A program made the translations under genes and the position numbers. From Eledone cirrhosa (taxonomy: Eukaryota), in contig OZ024740.1 in NCBI GenBank assembly GCA_964016885.1, positions 261,454,001 through 261,518,000 of the forward strand: a DNA stretch of 64,000 bases, read 5' to 3'. Under the pieces are notes generated by a model. That model was not told the DNA's origin. It did no database searches and saw only the letters and a program-made list of their open reading frames with translations. The number at the start of each line of letters is the position of its first letter. Positions within the stretch are counted from its first letter, which is position 1. Below are positions 37,674 through 52,157 of the stretch, in pieces.

Positions 37674-40600
37674 TACTCTTGGGCCTCAAATAATCGTCCT
37701 ACCCCGCTTATTAATTTTTCAGGTTTTTTTCCACCTCCGCTCTTAACCCCGCCCCACCCACTTATTAAATTTTTAAGTGGTAGCATTCCCGCGACAATTA
37801 ATTTTCTTTAGACATTAAAAAACATTATGCATGACAAAAAAAATGAACATTACAAGAAATCCCACCATTGAAAGTTAGGTGATACTAATTACAACACAAA
37901 CCTATTTTACAGAACACAGAAAAAATTGATGCTATCTGAAATTAATCTACAATATATTAATTTAGCTTTTTGACGATAGTGTCATATTATTATTGACCTA
38001 ATTCAGATGACAGTGTCAACCTATTCCCTAAGGCTGCGATTTGCATTTATTTCTATCTTTTTTATATTGCTTTGTGTTGTTTGTTTTTTCACGATATTTT
38101 CCAAGAAAATTAATTTCATCATGTCACAAAAACACCGCTCATCTATCGGTGTAGTTACAATGTCCGCCAAACGGTTGAAATCTTCAAGCGAAAGAGAAAC
38201 TCAGAGACGGGAATCAGAAAGATTAAGACAACAAGAAAGACGATCGCAACTTTCTGAAAGTGAACAGAACTTGAGACGGGAAACAAAAAGATTAAGGCAA
38301 GAAGAAAGACAATTGCAACTTTCTGAAAGTGAATAGAACTTGAGAAGGGAAACAAATATTAAGGTAACAAGAAAGACAATCACAACAAACGGAGGCTGAA
38401 TATGAAAATCGCCGAGAGGTAATGAGAGTTATGATGCAAACACAACGAGCACAGAGGATTCTTCAAGGCAGAATATACTGGCTAAGAGCTACGTTTTCAT
38501 ATGATCAAGAAATTATAGAAATGATCCTAAAGTCGTGATTGGTAGCATGGATATTATATGCAGTAGTAGAGAGGCGAGAAAATGGAAAGGAGAAACACTT
38601 AGCATGTGTTGTTTAGGGAAAAGGTCAGATTTCCACTGATAGAAGACCCCCCCGCTTATTATTCGTATACTGCTTACAGACCATACTAACGAAGCTAAAC
38701 ACTTCAGGAGCAATGTTAGACGGTATAATGCTGCATTTCAGATGACGTACTTTGGAGCTGAAAAAGATCATACTGACTATGGTTATTTCACAACATTTAA
38801 AATCCAAGGACAATGCTATCATTTAATCGGCAGTTTACTCCCCCAGCCTAATGAGGAACCAAAATTAATTCAAATTTACTTTTTGGGCAACAACGAACAA
38901 GAAACTATTCAAAGATGCAGAAACATTTCGGGTGGTCTTCAGCTACAAGTTATTAGCAGGCTGCAAATATGTTTCATGAAAACCATAATTAAATAAGAGT
39001 ATTCAAATATGCCTTAGAAAAAAAAGGCAAACTCCGTGTATAAAATTACTATTAGACCTGATAAAAAAACCAGCAAAAGAACACAAAAGACGTTACAATA
39101 AACCGCTGGAAGACGAAGTAGCTGTACTGATGGTCAATGGACAACATAAATCCAGAGACATCATTGTACAGGAGAGATCTGGTCAATTACGAAGAATTGC
39201 AGAGACACACAGAGCACATGACGCTCTTCAGTATCCTTAGATTTTTTGGAGAGGTCAGGATGGATACAATTTCGTTTTAAGACAAGTAAACCCCAGTACA
39301 GGAGAGGAAACTAATAAATCGGTCAGTTGCAAACATTTTTATTCATTTCACTTCATGGTAAGAGATTGCTTTAACCATATCCTAAGAATGGGAAGACTTA
39401 CAAGTCAATTAATGGTTGATGTGTATGCCAAGATTGAATCTGAACGGTTGGCATCCATTAAAAACAACCAAGCTAAACTTAGAGCAGAGCAATACATCCA
39501 TTTGAGAGGCGCCATTATAACCGATGGAATGAATCCTTCCAGTATTGGTCAGCCAGTCATTCTGCCATGTAGCTTCACAGGTTGTCCACGCTGAGCACAC
39601 ACAAGATGCCATATGCAAAAGATAGACATGACATCATTGCCAAAGTTTTTAACGAGAAACAGAAGATCTTGATGTGGCTGCTAAAAGATGGACACATTTT
39701 TGGCGAATTAAGATGTTGGCTTTACACCATTGAATGGCAAAAAAGAGGTCTTCCTCATTCCCACACGCTAATTTGGTGTTCCGACCACATTCACTCAGAT
39801 CAAATTGATAAAATCATACATGGTCCACGTGGCAGTATCAACCCTAAGCGTATGTGCATGGGAAGTAACAAATGTGAAAAAAGATATCCAAAGCTTTTCA
39901 ACAAGAAACCGTAACTGGTGATGACGGATATCCTCAATACAGACGGAGAAGCCCTCACTGTGGTGGAAAAACTGCGATTATCAAGATACGAGGTCAAGAC
40001 GTTCAGGCTGGTAACAATTGGGTCGTTCCCTACAATCCCCTCCTCTGCAAAATCCTTGATGCTCACATCAATTGTGAGTGCAGTAAAATAAATTGTGTAT
40101 GTTTGTAAATATGTCAATAAAGGAAGTGGTTTGGCAACTTTTACTATTGGTCACAATAACCAATTGAATGAAGTTAAAACATACCTAACAGGGAGATATA
40201 TTTCTAGCAATGAAGCCATATGGAGAATCTTTGGTTTTGACATACACAATAGACACCCAGCGGTAGTGAACCTAGCAGTCCATTTGGAAAATAGTCAGAG
40301 GGCATATTACACTGAAGAAAATGCACACTTGATGGCCGAGACTCCTCCAGACACAACGCTCACTGCTTTTTTAAAGCTTTGTGGAGAAGATGCCTTTGCT
40401 AAAACCTTGCTTTATCATGAGGTTCCCATATTCTACCCATGGAATAAAAAGAAATGGAGCAGACAGAAGAGAGGCAATCATATGGATGGCTATAAAGTCA
40501 TCAAAGCAAGTGGTGCAATAAGAAGAGTTTACACAGTCCATCCTAGTCATAGGGAATGTTTCCATTTAGGGTTACTCCTTCACACTGTTAGAGGGCCAAC

Positions 40601-42730
40601 ATCATTAGAAAATATCAAAATTGTACATGAAACTCCCTGTGCAACATATGCTGAAGCATGGAAATTACTTGGCCTACTTGAAGACGGGAAATATTGTAAA
40701 AAGACATTGGAAGGAGCAGCTGCCACACAAATGCCTAAAAAGCTTCGCCAGCTCTTCGCTGTAATGCTCACTACGTGCAATATTTCAGATCCCTTGAGTC
40801 TCTGGGAAAGCCATAAGAAAGACTTGTCGGAAGATATATTGCACAGGATCAAACTTCAAAACACTGGCATTGATGTAGGCTTTTCTCCCCCTATCTATAA
40901 TGAAGCACTTTCAGAAATTAATAACCACCTGAGTGAAATTGGATGGTCCCTTAAGGATTGCGGTTTACCAGAACCTGAGGACACAGTTGCATACTCTATT
41001 GCACAGGATATATTAAAGGAGATGGTTTATAACATCAACAAGGTTATACAATATATCAATGAAAATGAAAAAAAAGCTGATTGAAGATCAAAGAATTGCT
41101 TATGAAAAAATATTGACCAATATCGACCAGAACGAAGGAGGCCTTTACTTTTTGGGTACTCCAGGAGGAACTGGTAAAACCTTCATAATAAAATCTCATA
41201 TTGGCAAAAGCAAGGCAGCGAAAGCAAATTGCTTTGGCTGTTGCATCAAGTGGTATTGCTGCTACCTTACTTGAAGGAGGCAAAGCAGCACACTCAACGT
41301 TCAATTTGCCATTGAATGTCACAAGTGAAGAGTCTCCTTCGTGTAATATCAAAACGAACACACCAAAAGCAAAGCTTTTAGAGAAATGCTCCGTGATCAT
41401 ATGAGATGAGACCACAATGGCACATAGAAAGTTATTTGAGGCTCTGGACCATTCTTTAAGAGACATTAGAGGATGTAATGAAATCATGGGAGGAGTAACG
41501 ATGGTGCCTGCTGGTGACTTCAGACATTCTCCTCGTTGTTCCTAAAGGCACAAGAGTGGATATTGTAAACGCTTGCCTCAAAGTCTCAACTATATGGCAA
41601 CAAGTCCAGCGATTACCCTTGAGTACAAACATGAGAGTGGAGTTGTACAATGATTCAGAAATTGATACTTTGTAAAACAACTAAATAAACTGGGTGATGG
41701 AAATCTGCAACAAGATGGAAATGGGGAAGTCAACCTTCCATTTGGAAATGTCTGTAATACAACAAATGAACTAATTGATCAAGTATTTCCAAATCTTGCT
41801 CAAATTATATCAATCAATCATGGCTGTTTGAGCGAGCGATTTTAGCGCCCCAAAATAATAGGGTAAATCAGATCAAGCAATGCGTACTGGATACTCTCCC
41901 AGGGGAGGTTCATACATATGTCTCCATTGACAAGATTGAAAAGGATGACGAAGCTGTTAATTATCCTGCAGAGTTCCTTAATAGTCTGAAACTTCCTGGA
42001 CTTCCTCCACACAAATTAACGCTAAAGATTGTAACACCCACCATCCCTTTGAGAAACCTGGACCCACCACGTTTATGCAATGGCACACGCTTAACAGTGA
42101 GGCGGATGATAAAACATCTCCTAGAGGTCACTATTCTTGGAGGCAGTCATCAAGGCGAAAAGATTCCACTTATCCCTTCCTCTACCGAGCTGCTATTCAA
42201 ATTCTCAAGACTTCAGTTCCCTGTTAGAGCCAGTTTTGCTATGACCATAAATAAAGCTCAGGGTCAGAGTCTCAAAGTTGTAGGATTGAATCTGAGAGAA
42301 TCGGTTTTTACCCATGGACAGTTATATGTAGGTTGTTCATGAGTGGGGACATCTAGAAATCTTCATATACTATGCACGAACGGTAAAGCAAAGAATCTGA
42401 TGTACCTGGAAGTTTTTTTACTTTTTTTGTCACACACACACCACGGTCTCGCCTCATACTGTAAACCAGAGAATTCATCCAATACAGTCGTTTTCCCTTC
42501 TACCTGTATTCTTTTATCAACTGTTCATTTGGCCGAAGCCGGGTACCTCATCTTGTATGTTATAAAATAAATAGCTTGGGTTGGGGTTTCAATATGTAAA
42601 CTAAGTGACTAATTCTGATTTTTAAAATATCAACGGAGACAACCTAGAAAAATTATAGATTTAACACACCCCCGTTTATTGTAAGCCACCGCTTATTAAA
42701 CTGCCCCTTATTATTTGGGACCCGAGAGTA
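37674..42730 (+). mobile_element. TIR MITE copy A, split by an autonomous Helitron
   Basis: TIRs TACTCTTGGGCCTCAAATAAT and ATTATTTGGGACCCGAGAGTA; host sequence resumes seamlessly when compared with copy B. Confidence 0.75.
37865..42555 (+). mobile_element. Decayed autonomous Helitron (Rep/PIF1 helicase)
   Basis: FQMTYFG, FKIQGQCYHLIGSLLP, HUH motif EWQKRGLPHSH, YVCKYVNKG, GTPGGTGKT, ASSGIAATLL, LCNGTRL, FAMTINKAQGQS, HGQLYVGCS; many stops and frameshifts; 3' GCCGGG..CTTG|T. Confidence 0.93.
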
Positions 42731-43834
42731 GATAACAATTAACAATAAAATACAAATAAGCGAATTCCCTAATAGAAGTACCATCAGGCGTGATTTAGGA
42801 ACCCCACATCTGAAACCACTCTGATCGCTAAGAGCACCATAGGAAGGTACCTATCTCCCCTTCGAAATCTCCAGCCTACAGGCTCAGAGAAGGTCCATTC
42901 ATTCAGGCCATTCTCGCTACATTCACCCATCTTTTAACAAATGTACTGGGTGAGGTAGAGTGGGGGGGGGGGTACTTCCCTCTCCCCTCTCAACTTCCTT
43001 TCCAAGAGGAACTTGAAAAAGTCGATGCGTGCTTGGCCGAAGAGGTAAGTGTCAGTCTTCAGTTCTTTCAGCCACGTCCACCACACAAACTCTTCTTCTA
43101 CAGCTGCCAGACAGAAGAAGACTGCCTGCCCTTCTTGACCAAAAGAAGGCAGTGGAGCGACTTTTACGATGGAGTGGATCGATAGCCGGATCTGTCCTAG
43201 GTACAGCAATAACTGTTCGCTATAACTCCACAAGTCAGCAATACCCCGACACACACTTGAGAAGTGCGTGAAGAACGGACAGGTCCGTTTGACTGCCCTT
43301 CTGTGCCTGCAGTGTTTGTCTCGAAACGGCAGTGCTCCGCGGTTGCGTTGTGAAGACAGGGATTTCTGGAAATTGTCCATAGTCCCCGGGCCGAAGTTTC
43401 TGTGAACAGACTGGCTTGTTCAGTTTGCATTCAGAGTTTAAATTCAGCTGTGACATACTTGGGTGGTATACTTAATTCGACTCCATGTTGAACACCACCA
43501 ACTCGCCTGAGGTGGTGGTGGTAGGGGGTAGAGCGGTTTTAGCTAAGTCCACTCTGTTGCAAGCATTCAGACTATCTCAGGTTTGAGGATAGGATACCTT
43601 TCTCCTTCTCCTCCGAATAGTTTTGGAAGCTCGGAAAAGATAGCATGGACAATGTCTTTCCATTCATAACTAAGTAGTACAAAATAAAATAAAAATCTCG
43701 CAAATCAAACAAGAAAAAACAGAACAGTAAGGACAAAGTCGGTATAACTGGAAGCAACTATAAACGTTCTGATAGGTAGGGAGGTATTCACAGATACTGC
43801 TCTATTTACTTTGTGTATTTATCTATTGTATCGT

Positions 43835-44300
43835 GAGTGTGTGTATGTGTGTGTGTGTGTGTGTGGGGGGTATGTGTGTAAGTGCACATGTGTGTGTGTA
43901 TGCATGTATGTGTGTGAGTGTATGTGTGTGTGAGCGTATGTGTGTGTGTGTGTGTGTGTGCATGCGCGTATGTGTGTATGTTTGTGTGTGCGTGAGTGTA
44001 TGTATGTGTGAGTGTGTGTGAGTGTATGTATCAGTGTATGTGTGAGTGTATGCATGTGTGAGTGTGTGTGCGCGCGTGTGTATGTGTGTGTGAGTGTATG
44101 TGTGAGGTGTATGTATGAGTGTATGTGTGTTTATACGTGTATGTGCGTGTGTGTGTTAGTATATGTGTGTATGTGTGTGGGAGTGCAAATGTATGTGTAT
44201 TTTTGAGTGTATATGAGTGTGAGTACTCATGTGTGTGTGTGTGTGTGTGTGCGTGTATGTGTGAGTGTTAGTGTATGCGTGTACGTGTATATGTGTGTGT
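43835..44300. repeat. Degenerate (GT)n block
   Basis: Directly visible. Confidence 0.92.
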
Positions 44301-44809
44301 CTGTTTCTTTTTGTTGTTGCCAGTAATTATTTTACCGAGTTTCCCATGCTGAGTTTCATGAACTAATTTGAACATGACTCCAAGCAAATTCCCATTAATT
44401 TTATTACAAAATAATGTTGGAATCTACGAGTCGTACTACAGTAGAAATGCTGGGATAATTTATACAATGAGGGTGAATATAAAGAGAAAATAGTAAGTTA
44501 TTTACTGATATTCATACTTGCTAAAAACAATGACACGAATGGAAATAAGGTGTAATATCATAGTGAGTGAGAGATGAGTGATTGCAGGATGATACGGCGA
44601 AAGAATGCAACAAAATCAATAAACTTTTGCTGAATGTTATACATTTTTGATTTGTCTATAAACGAAGTTTACCACACCTCCCACCCATATTCGAACAAAT
44701 ATTTGGATTTCGACCCTAAAACACATAATTTTAGCATAACAACAAATTCTAACATTTATTGGTGTCATTTGTCACTATGACAACGGCTTAAAATTCCGGG
44801 TGCTTCCTA

Positions 44810-45040
44810 CGAGGGTCAGTTGAAAAGTTCATAGGCTGATAAGTTCATAGGCTGACCAAGATACTCTCATGGAATGACCAAATGAAGTTTATTTTTCAAT
44901 TTTTCAACATAGTTCCTGGATAGAAACAATTAAAAATAAGAAACAATTAGTAAGAAGAGATGAAATTAACACATGCAAGATTTCACAGCTCTAGCATCAC
45001 TCCTTTATAGTCAGCCTATGAACTTTTTATCCCACCCTCG
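44810..45040. mobile_element. Mariner-type MITE with TA target duplication
   Basis: TA|CGAGGG..AAAAGTTCATAGGCTGA ... TCAGCCTATGAACTTTT..CCCTCG|TA. Confidence 0.85.
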
Positions 45041-46011
45041 TAGCTTGCCGTTGCATCGGCTTACGTTCTTTTCACTTCATGTACACCATAATGGAGCTTT
45101 GGAGAGTAGCGAAGAGGGATTCAATCTGCAAGTGACACAGTAGCTTTCGTTGAAAAGAGCTGATCTGTTATTGGTTGTTGCTGAAATGTCTTATTTAAAA
45201 AGGTCAGGATCGGATCAAAATCAGTGAGTTCTAATAGACTAGACTATTACCCAGGTATATATAATCCGTATATTAAATGGGCACCTGAATGAATGTAATT
45301 TATCATGTGTCAGGAATTATTATACACCATGGGGAGCATCAAGACAAGAAACTATCTCTCCAAATTCCATCATTCACTGCTGTCCGAATGTCGGAAACGT
45401 GAACATTGGGGGTAAAGGATAGTAAAGTTTTCAGCTTTCAAGAAATAGGAGGAAACTCTGCAACAGTTCTATTTTCTCATTTTTGTTCGTACAATTCTTT
45501 GTGCCATAACATACACCTATTTATATATGTATATGAATACGTATATATGTACACATATATATGTGGATCTATACGCGCGCGCGCGCGCACACACTCACAC
45601 ACACACTCACAAACACACACGCACACACACATATATATGAATTAAAAAGTGACAAAGGCGATGTGTGGTTACTAATAACTATCATTTAGAAAACGTGAAA
45701 AGCACAAACATAAACACAAGGGAAATTACCGTTCATTGGCTGTCTTCTGTGGATCACTGATGTTTCGAACGCATTAAAGACAGTACATCTCACCACAGCG
45801 CGTTCATAACTAAGAGGGATAGTTATCCGGAAAAAACAACAAAAACACAGACGATAACGAAGACAACGACAAAACAAAGAAAGAGATACCGATAGAGAAG
45901 GGGAAACACGTGACAGTAGTACATGTAAGTTGCAGTAACCGGTGGGAGCGAGGCAGAAGTTAATACGGAGACCGAACGTAGGTCCTGAACCCGTACTAAC
46001 AGCACGAGGGA

Positions 46012-46114
<103 letters not shown>

Positions 46115-46215
46115 AACCAGTAAGACCCCGACGGCTGAGCTCAAGCCGTTTCGACGGCTAATTCTGGACTAATTCTGCGTTATGGTCCACCTGGTTCCTT
46201 ACCACATTTCCTTCG

Positions 46216-46273
<58 letters not shown>

Positions 46274-46279
<6 letters not shown>

Positions 46280-47057
46280 TGCCCCCTTGTTATCGAGTAT
46301 GGCCATTGCACGTTATACCATTATTAATAATTATTAATTAATTCTATCGTTAGAGGGTCGGACGCCATGCTTTCCAGCATAGTTACGTCCCTTTACGATC
46401 TGAGTTCAAATCCCGCCGAGGTTGACTTTGCCTTTCATCCTTACGGGGTCGATGAAATAAAGTACCAGTAACGCACTGGGTAATTGCTGGCCTTGTGCCT
46501 AAAGTAGAAACAATTAATTAATTCTGTCGTTCAATGCCTGTGCGTTGTGAGGAACGACTATGTACTGAGCCAATCCCACTCTCTGAACGACAGTAACTAT
46601 AACCCGAAAAGAATAAAAGATCAACATCATCGGTAACTACTGAGGCGCAGGTTTTATATCGGAGTTATCCCAGTTTCCTGAGTTGCCTTCTCCTAGAAGA
46701 ATGCCCTGACAAAGGCTAGGGGTCCTTCACTCCCAGTGGATTAACCGCGCGATCGGGTGTCCAGCCCGACTTTTTCTATGTCCCCGCGCATATACATACA
46801 CCTGCACCCCTGTATATACACATATACATATATATGTACATGTGTATATACATATTTACACACTTTTGGATGGCCGTTGACTCTTATGAGTTCTTCCGCC
46901 CTTTGTCAGGTTTTGTTTTTTGTCCTGCAGGGTGTCCAAAATCACCCTCCTCACCAAGTAAACTTGGTGGGGTTGCCGGTTTAGTCGCCAACGACCCGAC
47001 CATGCGACAGGTTGTACTGGGTTACATGTTACCAGTAGCACTCAAGAGTGACCCGAC
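46274..47057 (-). mobile_element. Non-autonomous RTE-related retroelement (5' UTR-like head plus 3' tail)
   Basis: Colinear with 13355-13806; head shared with 16240-16452; no ORF. Confidence 0.7.
46352..46515 (+). mobile_element. SINE family A inserted with a 16-bp TSD
   Basis: TSD AATTAATTCT(A/G)TCGTT at 46336-46351 and 46516-46531; the empty site is visible at ~13420. Confidence 0.9.
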
Positions 47058-47066
47058 ATATATATG

Positions 47067-47098
<32 letters not shown>

Positions 47099-47120
47099 TA
47101 CACCCCCCACAAACACAGAG

Positions 47121-47224
<104 letters not shown>

Positions 47225-47365
47225 TAAAGAGTTAAACAAGATTCAATGAGTACATCAAAAAATGAGTTTTACAGTAGATTGGAAGCACTCTACGGTAAAA
47301 TAATTTTCCAGAGTTATTAATATTAAAATACAAATATTAATAAAATAGATGTTCTTTTGATCAAT

Positions 47366-47424
47366 TACATTTTATTATACATATTTCGGATGTACAACAG
47401 TACGTCCTCATCAGACAAAATATA
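47366..47424 (-). ncRNA. Type-I hammerhead ribozyme in the 3' pLTR
   Basis: Reverse complement TATATTTTGT-CTGATGA-GGACGTAC-TGTT-GTACATCC-GAAATATGTATA-ATAAAATGTA, with a 10-bp stem I including wobbles. Confidence 0.75.
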
Positions 47425-48759
47425 ATGATACACGACATACCCTGAGATGTTAAATGGTTAAGATTTAATCAAGGTAGTGATTAACGTAAGAGAAAATTTA
47501 ACATTTATACCCTAATAATGAAAAAATGCGAAAACGTAATAAATTCAATAGAGAATGTATGAGTAAGAAAAACGTTGCTTAATGTAACAGTTATAGAGAA
47601 TTTAAAATGTATGATACTACAATTTATGTTTATCTAGGAAAACATCTCATGAATTATAACAGTCAACGAGAGCCACTGGAATAGGATTTATAGAGAGGGA
47701 AAGATAAGGGGGGTAATATATGCAGAAGGAGATTTTTTCCGAAAGTTAAACGGTTAAGTTTGAAAATATTTAATTTATGTTATTTTAGGGTGAAGAATCA
47801 AGATTTTAGGTTTTTTTAAAAATTGCTGGTTATTTATATTTATTAGTTTTGTAAATTCTATAAGTGTGTTAACATTTCTAAACTTCTGAATTTTATGAGG
47901 ATAACATTTAAAGGATTTAGCTGGTCAGCGGAAAGGAAAGTTTACACTGTAGAATATTTTCATAAATGTAAACTTTAACGAAGATAATCAATGTCAACAT
48001 ATTCAGTATGTAAAGCTTATGAAGTACTTATTGTTAGAAATATTTAAATAACGATTATGTATATAGATATATATTAATGAGCCAGTATATTTTAGGTAAA
48101 TGATAACGAAAATAAAAATAAAATAATAGATTGAGGCATGCTAAAGTTAAATATATACCTATATATAACAGGGTGTAAATGCATTAATTATTCATAGTTC
48201 AAAATAAATAATAATCAAGAAATTTAGAAGTTAACTAAAAATTATGTATAGAAAGATACAGGGAGGTATATATGGATATATATTAGGTATTAGTGATACA
48301 GTATACTTTAGGCAAATGATAACGGTTATAATTTTATATAATAAAGTTCGACGTGTTACAGTTAAATACACATATATATATATAAGAAAAACAATAATAA
48401 ATGCATGGATAATTCAGAGTTTATAATAAGGTCTATAATAATTTATAGTTTGTATATTTGCTCTATATTTGAATCATGGATATAAAAATGCAGTAGGTAT
48501 ATTTAAAAACATAGAAAATATAATTACATACATATTATAAATAAGAGATCAAAAACGAATGAAAGATTCACAGTTAGAAATAAGTTCCGCAAAAATGTAT
48601 GGGTTGGATATTAAACTAAAATTTAAAACTTAGATAGGAAGATAAATATAGAGAAATAAAGAAATAATGGTATGGATCAAAGTTAATAATATTATGTTAT
48701 GTATATCAATGTTCCGGCATGTTATTGAACAAGTGTCTTTCATTCGAGCGTTATTTCTT

Positions 48760-50957
48760 CTATAGATAGTTATAAGATAATGCAATATTAAAGGTCATTA
48801 ATGTTTTTCCCTGTTGATTATATACGTCTAACAACCAAGTTTTTAATGGTTTAGTGTTTCTCTCTCTTTTGTGGGAGGCTAAGAATGTGGACATAGCTTT
48901 ATGGAGGCAACTAGAGAATAATTCACTTTGTTTGTTAATTAGGGTCTCATAGTTATTAATATTCAACAGGGTCTCCATTGTCCAGAGCGCGCAGTTATTT
49001 GATATACTAGAGTTGTGGTAAACTCCACAGTTCCGAAGTTTTGTCCAAAGAATGGAGTATTTTAAATTCCTCTCTTTTAATGACCATATGAGCTATAATA
49101 AAGACGTGGATGATTTCCTCTTGGAGTTCGAGAATGAGCATTTATGGTTCGCAAATCTGGCTTTAAATGTAGAAGTCGATCCTATGTAGTTGTTTGTGTT
49201 GTGATCAGTTTTTTACGGTGCATTTATAAACCAAATTACTATCTAGACAATTATTTTGCAAAGGGCAATCAGTTTTATTTCTACAATTACATTTTGGTTT
49301 AGTATCATTTATGTTAACTCTATTATTAAGATCATTATGCTGGTTTTATTTTAGGATTTTAGTGTTTAATTTGGCAATGTTTTGGGCCATGTTCATAGTT
49401 GTAGAATACGAGAATTTAATGGTATGTCTATTAAGCCGTATGGGTGTTTGAATTATAATTATTAGAGTTTCTCTTATATATGTTATTATTTTTATTAAGA
49501 TTAATACTTGGATTATTATTATCTACATATTCTATATTATTCATATATCCTGCTCTTTTTAACGCGTTGTTGTAGTATTCAGCGTTTTCATCGAATATAG
49601 CTTTATTGGGTGATATTTTATTAATTCGTTTTTGCACACTATTTACTAGAGCTTTTTTTTTTTTACAGATTTAAGGTGATTGGAATGGTTACTAACATAG
49701 TTTAAGTTTTCATTGGGCTTATGAAAAGGGTAATAGAAGCCAGTGTTTAAGTTAAAGATAACGTCTAGGAAATTAACTATTTTGGTACCATTTTCTACTT
49801 CTAATTTAAGGTCGTACATTTTAAAGAATTCTATTATACTTTTCTTTACTCTATTTAGTTCTATATTGTTGTGTTTGACCACCGTAAATAAAATGTCGTC
49901 CCTATATGAACCACCGGTAATCTCCAGCAGTTTTCTATTTATCATATTTAATATGAAAATTCCCAGAAGATCTGTGATTTGCGCGGAATCAGATGCCCCC
50001 ATAGTGATATCAAAGTTCTATCTCTATCTGAGCGGGTCCAATATTCGTTGTTGAAGTTAATAAGAGTTCTTCTGGCTGTTAGTATTATATCGATTTCATC
50101 CGTGGTTATATCAGTAGGCTTATAAGCATATGAAAGAGCCTTATTTAGAAGGTTAGGTGTTATGGAAGAATAGTAGCTTGTAATGTCCATCTGGATGAAT
50201 TTATGGTTTTTCTTATCATCTATATTCCTGTACCATTCTATGACTTCGTTTGTATCTTTCCATAAGCTCAAATTAGATCTCAATTTAAGAGTGGGTAATA
50301 TTCTATCTATGATGTTTTTACTGATTACTCCAATATCCAATTTCGATGGAGCAATCAGTCTAACTGGTATCTCTTCCTCAAAGTTTCTTTTGTGATCCTT
50401 CAAGTTAATCCTCGGCTGCCTAGGTAAGAATGGCTCGGTTCTTCCTTCTATTCCTAAATTGGTAATTAATTTGTAGGCTTCTTTATTAATTTCAGTAAGA
50501 TCATCAGCCGGGGCTTTTTTGTAATTTTTCTTAAGTTCCTTTAATATCAAGTTGTTATATTCATCTTTGCTTATCCCATATAAATTATTAGTTTTGTCCG
50601 ATTTAACCAATACTTTGTTAACATTTTTTATTTTCGTGATTTTTTTCTTTTAAAGTTCTAAGGTATTGGTGACCTATATATGGGTTTTTCCTAAATTTAA
50701 TTTTTTTTTTTATTATACCGAGCATTTCTGTTTCAAAAACCTCCAGAAGTTTGTTGTATGGAGGATTCTTTCTTGATTTAAATAAAGATTCAAAATGATT
50801 GTTGTTAGTTTTTCTTTCAGCATCTTTATTTTCGAAATGAAAAGCTCTCCATCTCAATCTTCTAATAAAAGAGTTTGTCTGTTCGATAGTTTCCCTCATG
50901 TATTCTTGAAGTTATGGGTGTATCTTTGAGGGAAGTCGGGAAGTTTAAGAAATCCAT
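48760..50957 (-). pseudogene. Frameshifted PLE RT/GIY-YIG ORF
   Basis: FIRRLRWRAFHF, VKSDKTNNLY, LKDHK, FIQMDITSYYSSI, MGASDSAQITDLLG, GSYRDD, VNFLDV, CNCRNKTDCPLQNNCL, YIGST..FKARFANH, NKQSELFSSCLH. Confidence 0.92.
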
Positions 50958-51159
50958 ATTTATTGAATATGCAATCTATTGTATAGAAAAGCGCTCAACC
51001 AGTTGGGAGCAGTATATATTAAAGAGTTAAACAAGATTCAATGAGTATATCAAAGAATGAGTTTTACAGTAGATTGGAAGCACTCTACGTGAAATAATTT
51101 TCCAGAGTTATTAATATTAAAATACAAATATTAATAAAATAGATGTTCTTTTGATCAAT

Positions 51160-51218
51160 TACATTTTATTATACATATTTCGGATGTACAACAGTACGTC
51201 CTCATCAGACAAAATATA
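51160..51218 (-). ncRNA. Type-I hammerhead ribozyme in the 5' pLTR
   Basis: Same motif as 47366-47424. Confidence 0.75.
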
Positions 51219-51357
51219 ATGATACATGACATACCCTGAGATGTTAAATGGTTAAGATTTAATCAAGGTAGTGATTAACGTAAGAGAAAATTTAACATTT
51301 ATACCCTAATAATGAAAAAATGCGAAAACGTAATAAATTCAATAGAGAATGTGTGAG

Positions 51358-51424
<67 letters not shown>

Positions 51425-51573
51425 AATAGAGATAGATAGATAGATAGATATATTTCTTTATTAGCCACAGGGGCACAAAAGAAGGGGACAAGTACAAAGG
51501 GGGAAGTTTACATACAATAAAAACGTGTAAAATGTTATCACAAATGGAATTTAAAAAGTTAGTCGATAGATAG

Positions 51574-51604
<31 letters not shown>

Positions 51605-51905
51605 TATACATGTATCGATGCACATATATTGATGTAAGTACGTATAATACTTTTTTCTGGAGAAGTTGCTCTCGTTAATTATTAATGAAATGTAATTATA
51701 CAAATCCTCTGGCACCATGTACGAAAGGATTTTGGAAGATTCTAGACTAGTTATGTTCTATCGTCACTCGATGCTAACGTTATTAAAAGAAATCTTATCG
51801 AACATATATCGCTATTAGAACGAAATTCTGTCAACTATGTCGTACGTGTAAGCAGAGATACGCGCTTACACTTGCTTAATTTCATGCGCACCCACGCGCA
51901 CACTC

Positions 51906-51992
<87 letters not shown>

Positions 51993-52157
51993 TATATGCA
52001 TACTCCCCCCCCCTCTTATTTGTATTCATTAGCAAATTAAATAATTTATCGCTTCCTTGACTAAAAAAGAAACTATTTATTTATTTATTTATTTATTCAT
52101 TCATATGTATATATTTGTTTCTTCATATATGTTAACCTTTTTTCACTTGAGTTGCAT

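Noticed and set aside
42740-43560. Possible L1/Tx1 ORF1 relic or gene (ORF 42934-43380)
   Set aside because: Too degenerate; no motif could be read with confidence.
45060-45170. Possible minus-strand exon with a GTAAG donor
   Set aside because: All three frames contain stops and no recognisable protein is encoded.
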